Positions 10,393-20,517 of a DNA stretch of 64,000 nucleotides are shown piece by piece; within the stretch, counting starts at the first letter, position 1, and every line of letters begins with the position of its first letter. The stretch is from an uncultured Ruficoccus sp. (GTDB lineage: Bacteria > Verrucomicrobiota > Verrucomicrobiia > Opitutales > Cerasicoccaceae). Where the stretch lies: assembly GCA_965140785.1 (NCBI GenBank), contig OZ223497.1, positions 192,001 to 256,000 on the forward strand, in the 5' to 3' direction. The notes under the pieces are model-generated. The model worked only from the letters and a program-made list of their open reading frames with translations, had not been told where the DNA came from and made no database searches. Position numbers and translations under genes: made by a program.

Positions 10393-13300
10393 TTGGCGCT
10401 GACCTGCGGGAAGTGGAGGGTGAGGACCTCGCTCTTGATCGTGACGGTATAGCTGCGGCAAAGTGCGTGGTGCGAACCTCCGCTTTCGCTCCAGACATCG
10501 AGCTTGGACTCGACGGTCTCGCCGTTGATCGCAACATCGAACAGCCGCCAGCCGCGGCAGTCGGCGGCTCCGCCCACGCCGAACCAGGGCTCGGCGAAAT
10601 GGCAAACGATCCGGTAGCGTCCCGGCCCGGTGCGGAAGTGATACTTGAGCTGCTCGCGACCGTATCGGTAATCTCGATACATCCCTTGAAGTCCACTCCC
10701 GCGCACCGGTGTCATCGTTTCGCCCCGGCTGGCCAGATCGTCCGGTATGTTGTCAAAGTGACAGCCCCAGCTTTCCCAGCCCCAGTAGGCTTGCTCCCAT
10801 GGTTTGTCGGCTGCCCAGACCAGTCCGCGGGGATCCTGATAATCCACCTGCGCGCCACAGTTGACGCGAAACAGGGCCTGTCCCGTCGTTGGCTCAATGT
10901 CTTTGGGATGACCGATCCAATCATTGACGGTGCCGTCTTCGGGCAGGTGATCGAGCACGATCAGGTCCTCGGCCACGACGCGGCCCGCCTCGCGGGCTAC
11001 GGCGTGCAGAATGTTCGTTGCGGGTTCCACATTCTGCCATTCGAAGTGACACCCTCTGCCGGGATTTTTGCGTACGCCGAGTGAGCGCTTGCCCACGCCG
11101 TTGTAGAGCTCCACCTCCTCGCAGTTACTGTACACAATCGACACTGCGTGGTGCGGGTATTTTCCAGCGGTCCGGCCAGGTATGGGAGACTATGTAAACC
11201 ATCGGATCGGTGGCCGGGTCAGTATAATTGGAACGAAACAGGTAGTACAGATCGCTCGGCTGATGCCAGGCGGTGAGAAGACCTTTGTTATTGATCGGTC
11301 CGATCTGGCCGTTGCCCGGCCCTTCGTAGTTCTCCGCCGTGCGGCCCGGATTCGGGAAGCTGTTGAATACCCAGTGAAAGTGCCCGACGGCTTGGTCGCG
11401 CGTTTGCTCGGCCAGACGGATCTTGGTCTCCATCGCATAGCAGGCCCAGCTTTCCGAGCGGTCGTTTTCATTGCCGATGTAGGGAATCTCCGTGTGGACG
11501 CCGAAGGCCCGCCAGGCCCCGTACTCGCCGACGAGTTGGCGGCTGGGCAAGTCGTAGTCGTGGCAACTGCCGCCGTACGTGCCGCTCCATTCCTGAGGCA
11601 CATTCCAGTCGGTTCCTTTGCCCCCGTTGCACGTCGTGGTGAGGCGCCACGCCGGGCTGGTCGGGTCCAGTTCACGGATGAGGTCGCGCATTTCGCGGGC
11701 GAAGTCCTCGGGGATGGCGGACTCATTTTGGAGGCCCCAGAGGATAATGCACGGATGGTTGCGACGCTCCTTCACCCACTCGGTGACGATGCGTCGGTGG
11801 TTGGCCCGGAAGCGGTCATTGTCGGCCCACATGTGCGAACCGATCTGCGTCCAGCAGACAATCCCCGCCCGGTCCCAGTGGTCGTAATAGCGGAGGTTGT
11901 GAGGGTGATGGGCATCACGAAAAGCGTTGAACCCGGCCGCCTTCATCATGGCGACATCGGCGTCGATCTGCGCATCGCTAAAGGCATGGTCGCAGCCGAG
12001 CAGGTTTTCGTATTCGCAGGTGCCGTTGAGGAAGAGGGGCTCGCCGTTGAGCTTGAGCACGCGTGGTTCGTCCTCAGTGAGGGCCTCGGCTTCAGCAGCG
12101 GGCAAAGGCTCATAGGTCGGGCGAGCGAGGTTGAGTGGTTTGCTCAGGTCCCAGTTCGGCCCGCGGATGCCGAAGCAGGTCTCGCTGCGCTCCCCACAAG
12201 ACGCCCTCGGGCGAACGCAGCTCAATGATCAGGCGATGCAGGTAGGGATCGATCTCGCGCCAGCGATGCGGATGCAAAATCGCCGGGACGTCCCACTTCA
12301 ACTCATGCCGCCCGGCCTCCAGTTTCAGGTGTTGCTGCCACTGGTGGAAAAAAATTGTGCCGCCGTCGTTCTGGACTTCGCAGAAGAGTTCGGCCTGTCC
12401 GGCTTTGAACGTGTCTATCGTGATCGAAGCCAGCAGCAGGGCACGGTCTTCAGCACTGGTATCGGGGCGTTGCTCGATCACGACACCCATGGGGGCCAGC
12501 CGGGCGGGTGATTCCTCCGCATGCTCCAGGATGTTTGTCAGGCCATTGTTGGATGCGGTGCGTTCCTCCAGCCCGGTTGAAATGATCTCCCCATGCCGTG
12601 AACTGCAAAAGGTGTTATGGTCGGCATCGGGTTCCAGGATCGTCGGCCACTCCAGCCAGCGCAGGCCGAATGTTGTTTCGGTCTGGTGGCTAAGTTTTCC
12701 GTCTACGTAAACTTCCGTTTGTGACAGATGCAGGGCAGGGGACGCCGGGCACCACAACTCGGGGTCGGCGATCGGCTCAAAGGTAAAATCAACCACCGCC
12801 TGCTCTCCCTCGACCCACAGGCTCCGCTCGTCCTGCCGCAGGCATGAGCCCGCCGGAGAATATATCCGTTGGTTAACACGGATCTCCCGCGCCTGCCCGT
12901 CGGGGTTGAGGACGGTCACGCGGCTGGCCACCGTGGCGCTCGCCTTGGAAACCTCCGGTGTCAGCATGTGCACCCCGAACGGCTCGATGCGCACCGGCCC
13001 GCAATACTCCAGCCAGGCCGGGCGGCTCATGCCGAAGGGCTGCGTGCCCTCGGTATTGGGCGCGCCCCAGCAGCCGCCACAGACAAAGGGGAGGTCGTCG
13101 ATCCCCTCTGGATGGTGAGCCCGTACCGCCAGGAGATTCTCTCCGGCTTGGAGGGCCGGCGTCAGGTCAACCGTGAACGTCGTCCTCCCCCCGGCATGGG
13201 AGCCGCAGTGCCGACCGTTTGCATAGACGTCTGCATAGCTGCCCACGCCTTCAAAAAAAGCATACACCCGCTCCTGTGAATCGCGTGGTTCCCAGATAAA

Positions 13301-13555
13301 ACTTGTCTGATACCAGGCCGTGCCATGCTGGTTGCCGTGGGAATCCACCCGATAGCCGTGATAGTCGTCCCAATTGTGCGGGACGCGTACCGCCTTCCAG
13401 CCCTGGCCGTTTGCCCTTTCGCTCGCATAGCTCGCCTTGTCTCCCAAAATGGAGTACCAGTGTGCCAGCTGCTGCCTGGGCTTGCCGAAGGGCGCAGGGG
13501 TGGGGGCTGTTGCATGTCCCCGGGGCAGTGTTTCCGATTCAAAACATGTATTCAC
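10353..13555 (-). pseudogene. GH2 glycoside hydrolase with C-terminal malectin-like domain, split by two frameshifts
   Basis: Three consecutive ORFs: VPHNWDDYHG/FEGVGSYA; FRDAHHPH/WGLQNES/VGEYGAW; YSNCEEVELY, HFAEPWFG, RLFDVAING. Junctions at about 12193 and 11150. Confidence 0.75.
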
Positions 13556-13594
13556 ATACTAGCAGTGGCGGTATGATGCCCAATAGCGCCTTTG

Positions 13595-13608
13595 CTCATC
13601 ACGATGAG
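13595..13608. promoter_or_regulatory. Putative LacI operator, copy 1 (CTCATCACGATGAG)
   Basis: Near-palindrome 40 bp upstream of the GH2 start; matches three other sites. Confidence 0.65.
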
Positions 13609-13700
13609 TTTGGTTTTCAAGGAGTACCCGTGTCCTTGGGCATACTCCAGGGCCTGATTATTCTCCAGGCGCGGAGGGCTCCGACCTGACTATGGACGGG

Positions 13701-14618
13701 TTAGCAGGGTTGTTTGTGTTTCTTACTCCGCACCAGACGCATCGAAAGGAGTCCGGCGGCAGCCAGGCCGAGCAGGAGGGAAACGCTTGAGGATTCGGGG
13801 ATTGAGGACTGGCGGATACTTTCGATTTCCGGAGCAGAGAGAGCACCCGAGGAGCCGCTGGTGCTGCCGTAAATCTGGATATCGCTCAGGGTGGTATCGA
13901 TGATCGCTCGATTGTTGGCGGATGTCCCTGCGTTGTAGGAGTTACCCAGCACAATCGTACTTGAATCGTCCATGGCCAGACCACTTGTATTGCCTACGCT
14001 GCCGGATGCATTGCCGAGCAAGCTGGCGGCATCCGTTTCGGTTCCGAAGTAAAACTTTACAGCATCGTTAAAAGAAGCCTGGGTCGAATCGATAGCCATG
14101 GCAAAAAAGACCCAACCTTGATTGAGCATGGTGTAAGTTCCGCTATCTTTACGGGCCGTAGTGCTTTCGACTGTGTTTTGAATTCTGAGGTAGTCGTCAT
14201 TCAGGTATATTTGCATAACCGCGCTCCCGTCGCCACTGGCGATAGATAGAAGACGCCCTCCCGCCTGTGCAGAGCTCATATTGATCCAGCCCGTGACCGT
14301 ATAGGATGTGAGTCCGTCAAATGTCGTACCCGTTGAGGTGTTACTCGCACGCTGGTTATAGTTGCTCTGGATAGCGCTATCGTACAGCGCGATACCGGTC
14401 CCGCCAACACCGGCACCATCGGCGGTCCATTTCAGGCCCACTGAAGTCAGATTTACGCCGTTGGCGCTGGAGTCGTTGATCGTCGTTGCTTCGGTTCCAG
14501 CTGGACCGTCATTCAGTTGATAATGGGCAAGTAATGTCTGCGCGTGAACCGCCCCTGCGCTGAGTGAAAAAGACGCGAGGGCAGTGATGATGAGTTGGGT
14601 AATAGGCATACGTTTCAT
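13701..14618 (-). CDS. PEP-CTERM surface protein with LamG-like jelly-roll domain
   Basis: Signal peptide; SYTVTGWI, WVFFAM; C-terminal IPESS-hydrophobic stretch-basic tail. Confidence 0.75.
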   Translation of the reverse strand: MKRMPITQLIITALASFSLSAGAVHAQTLLAHYQLNDGPAGTEATTINDSSANGVNLTSVGLKWTADGAGVGGTGIALYDSAIQSNYNQRASNTSTGTTFDGLTSYTVTGWINMSSAQAGGRLLSIASGDGSAVMQIYLNDDYLRIQNTVESTTARKDSGTYTMLNQGWVFFAMAIDSTQASFNDAVKFYFGTETDAASLLGNASGSVGNTSGLAMDDSSTIVLGNSYNAGTSANNRAIIDTTLSDIQIYGSTSGSSGALSAPEIESIRQSSIPESSSVSLLLGLAAAGLLSMRLVRSKKHKQPC

Positions 14619-14667
14619 AAGGCAACCATTGTTATCGCCTGTGCTGGAAAGGGCGAAATATAGTTTA

Positions 14668-14681
14668 CTCATCAAGATAAG
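14668..14681. promoter_or_regulatory. Putative LacI operator, copy 2 (CTCATCAAGATAAG)
   Basis: In the divergent promoter between the PEP-CTERM gene and lacI (autoregulatory position). Confidence 0.6.
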
Positions 14682-14717
14682 CGCATAGCTTCATTGGATA
14701 CTTAATTCTTCAGTTCT

Positions 14718-15788
14718 ATGGCTAACCAACGAACGATAGCGAAAATGGCCGGGGTCAATCAGGCGACGGTTTCCTTGGCTCTGCGCAATGATCCCTCCAT
14801 CCCCCCGAAAACACGGGAGCGCATCCGGCGGATCGCGGAAGAGATCGGCTACAAGCCGAACACATATGTGTCCTCCCTCATGTCCCAGATCCGCTCGGGG
14901 CGGCCGCCTCAGGACAAAGGCTGCATCGCCATTCTCGTCGGGGCGCATAAGCCCGTGTCAGGCTCTGCGGACAAATGGCCGGGCAAGGTGGTTTACCAGT
15001 TGCAATACCGGGGGATGACGCAACGCGCCGAAGAGCTGGGGTTCAAAACGGAGTTCTTCTTCCTCATGGATACGGACATGAGCATGAAGCGGGTGAACGA
15101 TATTCTGTGCGCGCGCGGGATCACGGGGGTGGTGTTGGGAGCGCCGAATGTTAACGAGGCCGACCCCACGCAACTGTCGTTGGATTCGCTGGCGATTGCC
15201 ACCATTGCCTATACCTGGAAGGGGATTGACCTGGACCGGGTCACTTCCCACCACCGTCATAACGTGCAAATGGCTTATGCGCAGTTACGCGAACGCGGCT
15301 TTAAGCGCATCGGCATGTGCCTGCCAACGGAAGCCGCCACGGGCGTCGATACGAACTGGCGGGCCGGCTACCTGATCGAGCGGGAGAACACACCTGCGCG
15401 GCACCGCATCCCGCTCTTTGTCGGCAGGCCCGATCAAACCCCGCGGGCCAAGTTTACGGCCTGGCTCCAGAAATGGAAGCCCGAGGCGATCGTCACCCTC
15501 TTGGGGCATGAAAAGCGCTGGCTGGACGAACTGAAGATTCCCATCCCCGAGGAGCTTTCTGTGGTTTGCATCAACCGGCTCCCCAGCAGTGAGTTTTCCG
15601 GTACCCAAGAGAATCACGAGATGATCGGCGCCGCCGCGATCGACCTGGTGGCGACCCGATTGATTCACAACGAGTACGGCCTGCCGAAATTTCCCAAGCT
15701 GATTCTCTTTGAAGGCACCTGGGTGGAGGGCAAAACGATAGGAAAGCCTCCACGCCGTCGAAAGCAATGGCCGGAGACCCCGCAGTAG
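14718..15788 (+). CDS. LacI-family transcriptional regulator
   Basis: IAKMAGVNQATVSLALRN HTH, GYKPN, C-terminal GAAAIDLV..GTWVEG. Confidence 0.9.
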   Translation: MANQRTIAKMAGVNQATVSLALRNDPSIPPKTRERIRRIAEEIGYKPNTYVSSLMSQIRSGRPPQDKGCIAILVGAHKPVSGSADKWPGKVVYQLQYRGMTQRAEELGFKTEFFFLMDTDMSMKRVNDILCARGITGVVLGAPNVNEADPTQLSLDSLAIATIAYTWKGIDLDRVTSHHRHNVQMAYAQLRERGFKRIGMCLPTEAATGVDTNWRAGYLIERENTPARHRIPLFVGRPDQTPRAKFTAWLQKWKPEAIVTLLGHEKRWLDELKIPIPEELSVVCINRLPSSEFSGTQENHEMIGAAAIDLVATRLIHNEYGLPKFPKLILFEGTWVEGKTIGKPPRRRKQWPETPQ

Positions 15789-15851
15789 GGGGCAATCGCT
15801 GGCGCATCCTCCGGACGACGTGGAGTTTTCCCAGTGTCAGGCGTGCGTGCT

Positions 15852-18053
15852 TTAAGGCTGAGAGGCAAGCACACCCGAATGGTAAAGCAGGTTTTGGTAC
15901 TCGATCTCGTCGAGCACGACGTGGTTGCCCATGCCGTCGATCACGGGCTTGCCGTCGCGCATCAGTTCGAACTCAGGCGTGAAGGTTTCGCCCTCGGGCA
16001 GCGGGACCTTGAACGACACGATGCCCGCTTCGGCTTGCTTGCGGTGGACTTCGCCGCCCACACGGATGATGAGTTCTCCAGGCTCCTTGAGAAAGGCGAG
16101 CAGCGCGATCTGGTTCAGCGAACCCATCTCCGGGCCACCGTACTGCTGCACCAGTTTCCATTTGCTGCCATACTTCGGCTCCAACTCCGTGTGGTGGATG
16201 CGATAGCTGTAGTAGAGGACGTCGCGGATGATCTCCGGCTGCTGGCCTGTCTTGAACCACTGGATGTAGTAGGTGTTGATGTCGTGCAGGGCGTAGCCGA
16301 CACGCGTCGAAGGTGCCATCGCCTGCTCGGAATAGTCCGACCAGGTGTTCAGGATGGCCCAGTCCGCGTTCCCTTCGATGGCAGCCTTCCAGGTGTCCAG
16401 CAGAGTGTCGAAGTTGGCCGACTCCCAGTAGATTTGTCCCCGTGTGCGTATGTCGTGCGAAGCGATGGGCGCGCACAGCGTCTGTGTGTACGGGCGTGCC
16501 TTGTCCAGCCAGCCGTATTTTCCGGGTGAGCGGGGTCCCCAGTGGGACAGCGCGTAGGAAAACTCTCCGAACTCCTCGACGGTGTCGGTCGAGTTCAGTT
16601 GGGAGAGGAATGCGGTGCGAATTCCGCGCTTTTCCAGGTCGGCCATTTCCTGCTTCCAAAACTCGGCCGGCCATTGCTCCGGACGCCACTTGCTGAAGAG
16701 CATGCGGCCATCCTCGGTACGATAGACACCGGGCATTTCATTCAAGCGGGTGAAAATCTCCGATTCGGAATATTTCTGCGCACTCTCCTTGCCCGGAAAA
16801 ATAGAAGGAATGACCTTGAAATGCGGATCCACCAGCGGCGCCGCTTCGATCAGGGCGAAGGAGATAGTGTTGAAGTGCTTCTGCCCGCCCCGGTTGGTGG
16901 GATAGGAGAAGATATCGGTAATGAAACCGTCCAGCCCCATGGTATCGGCGATGCGAATCTCCTCTTCGGCGGCGCGAACTTTTTCCTCGTGGAGGGTTAG
17001 CCCGGACTCCATCGGGGGGCGGGGCAGCGGGGTGTACATCAGCTTGGTTCCGGCATCCGTGCGGCGAGGGTCTACCGAGACGGACGGGTTGAGAGTTTTG
17101 AGGGCATAGTAGTTCAGGCCCGGGTCGTCCGAGCTCCAGCGCGAGCTGTAAATTTCATAAAAATAGGCGAACACCTTTTTCTCACTCTGCTGTAAAACCT
17201 CGAGCGGTGCCTGCTTGAAGGGGAGCCAGGCCGTGCGGTCGGCATCCACCTGTCCGGCCATGAGGATATTATCCACCGCCCAGGTTCCCCTGCGGTTATT
17301 TCCACCGGAACTGGTGAAGGAGAGCTTCACGGGTGTCTCAGCCGGGAGCAGTTTGACCACGCCGAGCTCGATGGGTTTGGGGTGCCTGGAGTCGTCAAAC
17401 AAAACGACATTGGCGATGCGGTCCTCGTCCACGGTCACGCCGATGCGGTACCAGTGCCCGGCTTTGAGCGGGCGGTGCAGCCAGGCCTGCTGGCCCTCGT
17501 CGGCCTCGACGATGACGCCGTTGTCATTGCGCAGGCGGATGGCGAGTCCGTCGCCCGCCGGGTCGGTCAGCTCGACGAAGAGGCCCGGTCCGTCCGTGTC
17601 CTCGGCTGTCTCGCCCAGGCGAAAGTCAAAGCCGAGATACACCTTGCCGGCCGGGGGTGGGGTGAAGGTAGTGCTGAAGCCGACGCCTTCGCCGGTTTCC
17701 TGACTTTCGTCGCGCAGCAGGAACCCTTTCCCCGTGACCTGGTTGTTGCGGAAGGCCGACTCCGCCGATTCCTCCAGGCTCACTTCTACACCCGGGGTAA
17801 AATCGTTCTCCATCACCCAGGGGTAGGGTGGGATGTCTCCGGCGGGGTACTCATCGAAGTGTTCCAGGGGGAGGTTTTCGGTCGTGCCCAGCTCCATCTT
17901 TTTTTCCGGCTGGGCGGTGGCCGCAGAGGACGCTTTTTCGTGAGCTGAACCGGCGGCAGGGGGTTGGCCGGATTCGGCGCATGCCACGAGCAGGGTACTG
18001 ATCAGCCCGCAGGCTGCAAATTGGCGAAGGGGGTGGAGGTGTTTTCTGAGCAT
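15852..18053 (-). CDS. Lipoprotein with N-terminal beta-sandwich and GH71-like (endo-alpha-1,3-glucanase-like) domain
   Basis: Lipobox LLVAC; KKVFAYFY, GLDGF, TWKAAIEGNADW..LNTWSDYSE, DVLYYSYR. Confidence 0.6.
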   Translation of the reverse strand: MLRKHLHPLRQFAACGLISTLLVACAESGQPPAAGSAHEKASSAATAQPEKKMELGTTENLPLEHFDEYPAGDIPPYPWVMENDFTPGVEVSLEESAESAFRNNQVTGKGFLLRDESQETGEGVGFSTTFTPPPAGKVYLGFDFRLGETAEDTDGPGLFVELTDPAGDGLAIRLRNDNGVIVEADEGQQAWLHRPLKAGHWYRIGVTVDEDRIANVVLFDDSRHPKPIELGVVKLLPAETPVKLSFTSSGGNNRRGTWAVDNILMAGQVDADRTAWLPFKQAPLEVLQQSEKKVFAYFYEIYSSRWSSDDPGLNYYALKTLNPSVSVDPRRTDAGTKLMYTPLPRPPMESGLTLHEEKVRAAEEEIRIADTMGLDGFITDIFSYPTNRGGQKHFNTISFALIEAAPLVDPHFKVIPSIFPGKESAQKYSESEIFTRLNEMPGVYRTEDGRMLFSKWRPEQWPAEFWKQEMADLEKRGIRTAFLSQLNSTDTVEEFGEFSYALSHWGPRSPGKYGWLDKARPYTQTLCAPIASHDIRTRGQIYWESANFDTLLDTWKAAIEGNADWAILNTWSDYSEQAMAPSTRVGYALHDINTYYIQWFKTGQQPEIIRDVLYYSYRIHHTELEPKYGSKWKLVQQYGGPEMGSLNQIALLAFLKEPGELIIRVGGEVHRKQAEAGIVSFKVPLPEGETFTPEFELMRDGKPVIDGMGNHVVLDEIEYQNLLYHSGVLASQP

Positions 18054-18093
18054 AAGGTCTATGGTGGGCGTTATCGGTTCAAGGGGGCGGAGA

Positions 18094-19626
18094 CTATTGG
18101 GCGCTCCATGCATCCGTGCGAAAAGGTGCGGCGGGAAGCCCGCTTTCGTCGAACAGGATCGGGTGCGGCCCGGCACGCCAGGCATAGCGCAGGGCGACCG
18201 GTTCAGCAACCTCGGCGCTGCTCACCCGTATGCGGTTTCCCTGGAGGCTGGCCTGGGCGGGGTGAAAGACATGGTCCGCCCCAGCCAGTTCGAAGGCTCC
18301 CCACGTATCCGGTGAGTCCAGTAGCACGAGGTTTCCCTCACTGGCGACCTGCACGAGCATGGCGTCGCCATCCGGTGTGGCCGCGATAATCCGCGGGCCA
18401 TGTGAGCGGATGTCCTCTCCGAATATATCCGCGCGGATCACCCGCAGGGCGCGGTCGGCGAAGGCTTGCTTGTTAGTGGGATGAACTTCCGTTCCGTCGC
18501 AGAGGTCGATCGTGACGACAAGCGAAGTGTGCGAAGTGTCTTCAACGGTACGGGCCTGTCCCTCGCGCAGAACGGGCCAGCGGCTGGTATCGTCCGTCCC
18601 GAAGGGAGGAAGCTGGACAATGATAAAGGGCAAGTTTTCGTTCCGGGCGCGCTGGCGCCAGCCATGGATCAAGCCGCGCAACAAAGCGGCATACTCCTGG
18701 GGGTATTGCCAGTTCGATTCTCCCTGATACCAGATGACGGCGCGCACGGCATATTCCAGCACCGGATAGGCCATGCCGTTGTACAAGCTGAAGGGCATGC
18801 GGATGCTCCCGGGCTCTCCGTCGGGCTTGCGCGGCTGTTTGTTCTTAAAAGGGACCCCGGTTTGTTCGGCTTCGGCCTTGGCCTGTTTCCATGCCGCCAA
18901 TTCCTGGTTGTAGGCTTCCGCCTTTTGCGGATAGGCCGCCGCCGCGCGGTCCCAGCGCTCCGTCACCACCGCGAGCGAATCGTCCGTGGCCAGTCCCTCC
19001 GGACTGATCCAGGATTCGATGCGGGTGCCGCCCTTGGTGCAGTTGATCAGTCCCTGGGGGATGTGGTTCTCGTTAAAAAGCTCGCGCGCGAAAAAGTAAC
19101 CGATGGCGGTGAACCGCTCCACTGTGTCCGGGCTGCAAACCACCCACTTCCCCTTCGGCTCATACTGGGGCGTGCTGCTGGGCCGGGGGATGACCTTGAA
19201 GTGGCGAATCTGAGTGAAGTCCGCGGTCGCTTTCTCCTGCTCAAGATTATCCGCCAGGCGTACGGGGCGCTCCATGTTCGACTGACCGGCGCAGAGCCAG
19301 ACGTCTCCCACCAGAATGTCGTGGCTGGTCACCGAGCCCTGGTCACTGCTGATGACGAGTTCGCCCGAGTCGCCGGCCTTCATCGCGGGCAGCGTCACGC
19401 GCCAGTGGCCGTGCGCATCGGTCGTAGCCTGGACCGAGCTGTCGCCGAAAGTGACCCGGACCACCTCCCCGGGGTCGGCGCTGCCCCAGACCGGGACCGG
19501 GCAGTTGCGCTGGAGGACGGCATGATCTCCGAATAGGCTGGACGGTTCGGGCTTGGCCGAGGATGAACACATCGAAGCCAGGAGGCCGAGCATGATCAGT
19601 GACGAAACTTTGGACAATGGACGCAA
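18094..19626 (-). CDS. Sialate O-acetylesterase (SASA) family protein
   Basis: DHAVLQR, GDVWLCAGQSNME, GGTRIESW, WYQGESN, VHPTNKQ; signal peptide. Confidence 0.88.
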   Translation of the reverse strand: MRPLSKVSSLIMLGLLASMCSSSAKPEPSSLFGDHAVLQRNCPVPVWGSADPGEVVRVTFGDSSVQATTDAHGHWRVTLPAMKAGDSGELVISSDQGSVTSHDILVGDVWLCAGQSNMERPVRLADNLEQEKATADFTQIRHFKVIPRPSSTPQYEPKGKWVVCSPDTVERFTAIGYFFARELFNENHIPQGLINCTKGGTRIESWISPEGLATDDSLAVVTERWDRAAAAYPQKAEAYNQELAAWKQAKAEAEQTGVPFKNKQPRKPDGEPGSIRMPFSLYNGMAYPVLEYAVRAVIWYQGESNWQYPQEYAALLRGLIHGWRQRARNENLPFIIVQLPPFGTDDTSRWPVLREGQARTVEDTSHTSLVVTIDLCDGTEVHPTNKQAFADRALRVIRADIFGEDIRSHGPRIIAATPDGDAMLVQVASEGNLVLLDSPDTWGAFELAGADHVFHPAQASLQGNRIRVSSAEVAEPVALRYAWRAGPHPILFDESGLPAAPFRTDAWSAQ

Positions 19627-19731
19627 GGGTTTAGAGGTTACGGGAATAACGATAGATACGGGGTGAATAGATCAAAGGCGGGATAAATATTATTCTTCGA
19701 GAAAGGCTGTTCGGTTTCCAATCATTCCGGG

Positions 19732-19745
19732 CTTATCACGATGAG
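19732..19745. promoter_or_regulatory. Putative LacI operator, copy 3 (CTTATCACGATGAG)
   Basis: Upstream of the esterase-GH71 unit; identical to copy 4. Confidence 0.7.
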
Positions 19746-19788
19746 CTGGATGGAGGGTTTTCTCTGCGAAACCTCATGCGCCCCGCCT

Positions 19789-20517
19789 TTATTGCGTTCG
19801 GGCCGCTACGGGTTTGAATATATATTCGGGGATGACAAACATGGAGAGACCGTTGTCGTCCGGCATGGAGGGGACCGGTGTGGCGGTGGTGTCCTGAATG
19901 ATCATGAAGTAGCGATAGCGGGGCCTTAAAAGCATGTTTGTCGAAAACTTGACCCGGTTGTCCGAGTCGCGGAACCCGGCCACCTGGATGTTCGTATGGG
20001 CTCCTTGATTCTGGAGCTTGGGGACGGCGACTTCACCCGGACTGAGCAGAAACATTTCGTCCTCGATCTTGATCCCGATCTTGTAGGGGACGAAGCTACA
20101 GAGGACCATGCTGCCGACGGGGTAGTCCTCGCGGCTGTCGTTGATCGCCTTGAGGTAGTAAGCGTTTTCTCCTTTCGGGGTGACGACGACCAGGTTGCTG
20201 TCGGACTTGAGCCCGGAAGCGGCCAGATTTGCCACGGGCAGGTAAGGCGGGGCACCGGGCTCGGTGCTTTCATTTTTGCGATACAGCGTCAGGTCTTTGC
20301 CCGAAGCCAGCGTATAGTATTTTGACGGTTTTCCAAATGCGATGGAGGCGGGGACCATTTCGCTGTCCGCCTGGCAGTAGAGCCTATCGATCGCCGCTGG
20401 CCAACCAATGAGCCGGTACTGGCCGCCGTGTAGAGCGACGGTAAGAGCCAGATAGAGGCCGGTGAAAAAAAGGCGTCGTTGCACGGCGTATTTGCGGGGG
20501 TTAAACATCGTTTTCAT
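19789..20517 (-). CDS. Exported hypothetical protein, coupled to the PilX-like gene
   Basis: Signal-like N-terminus; overlaps the upstream gene end by 17 bp. Confidence 0.6.
   Translation of the reverse strand: MKTMFNPRKYAVQRRLFFTGLYLALTVALHGGQYRLIGWPAAIDRLYCQADSEMVPASIAFGKPSKYYTLASGKDLTLYRKNESTEPGAPPYLPVANLAASGLKSDSNLVVVTPKGENAYYLKAINDSREDYPVGSMVLCSFVPYKIGIKIEDEMFLLSPGEVAVPKLQNQGAHTNIQVAGFRDSDNRVKFSTNMLLRPRYRYFMIIQDTTATPVPSMPDDNGLSMFVIPEYIFKPVAARTQ

Noticed and set aside
9469..12195. Programmed frameshifting or phase variation in the sulfatase and GH2
   Set aside because: Runs are only 4 bp and I saw no convincing slippery site; sequencing error or recent mutation is more parsimonious
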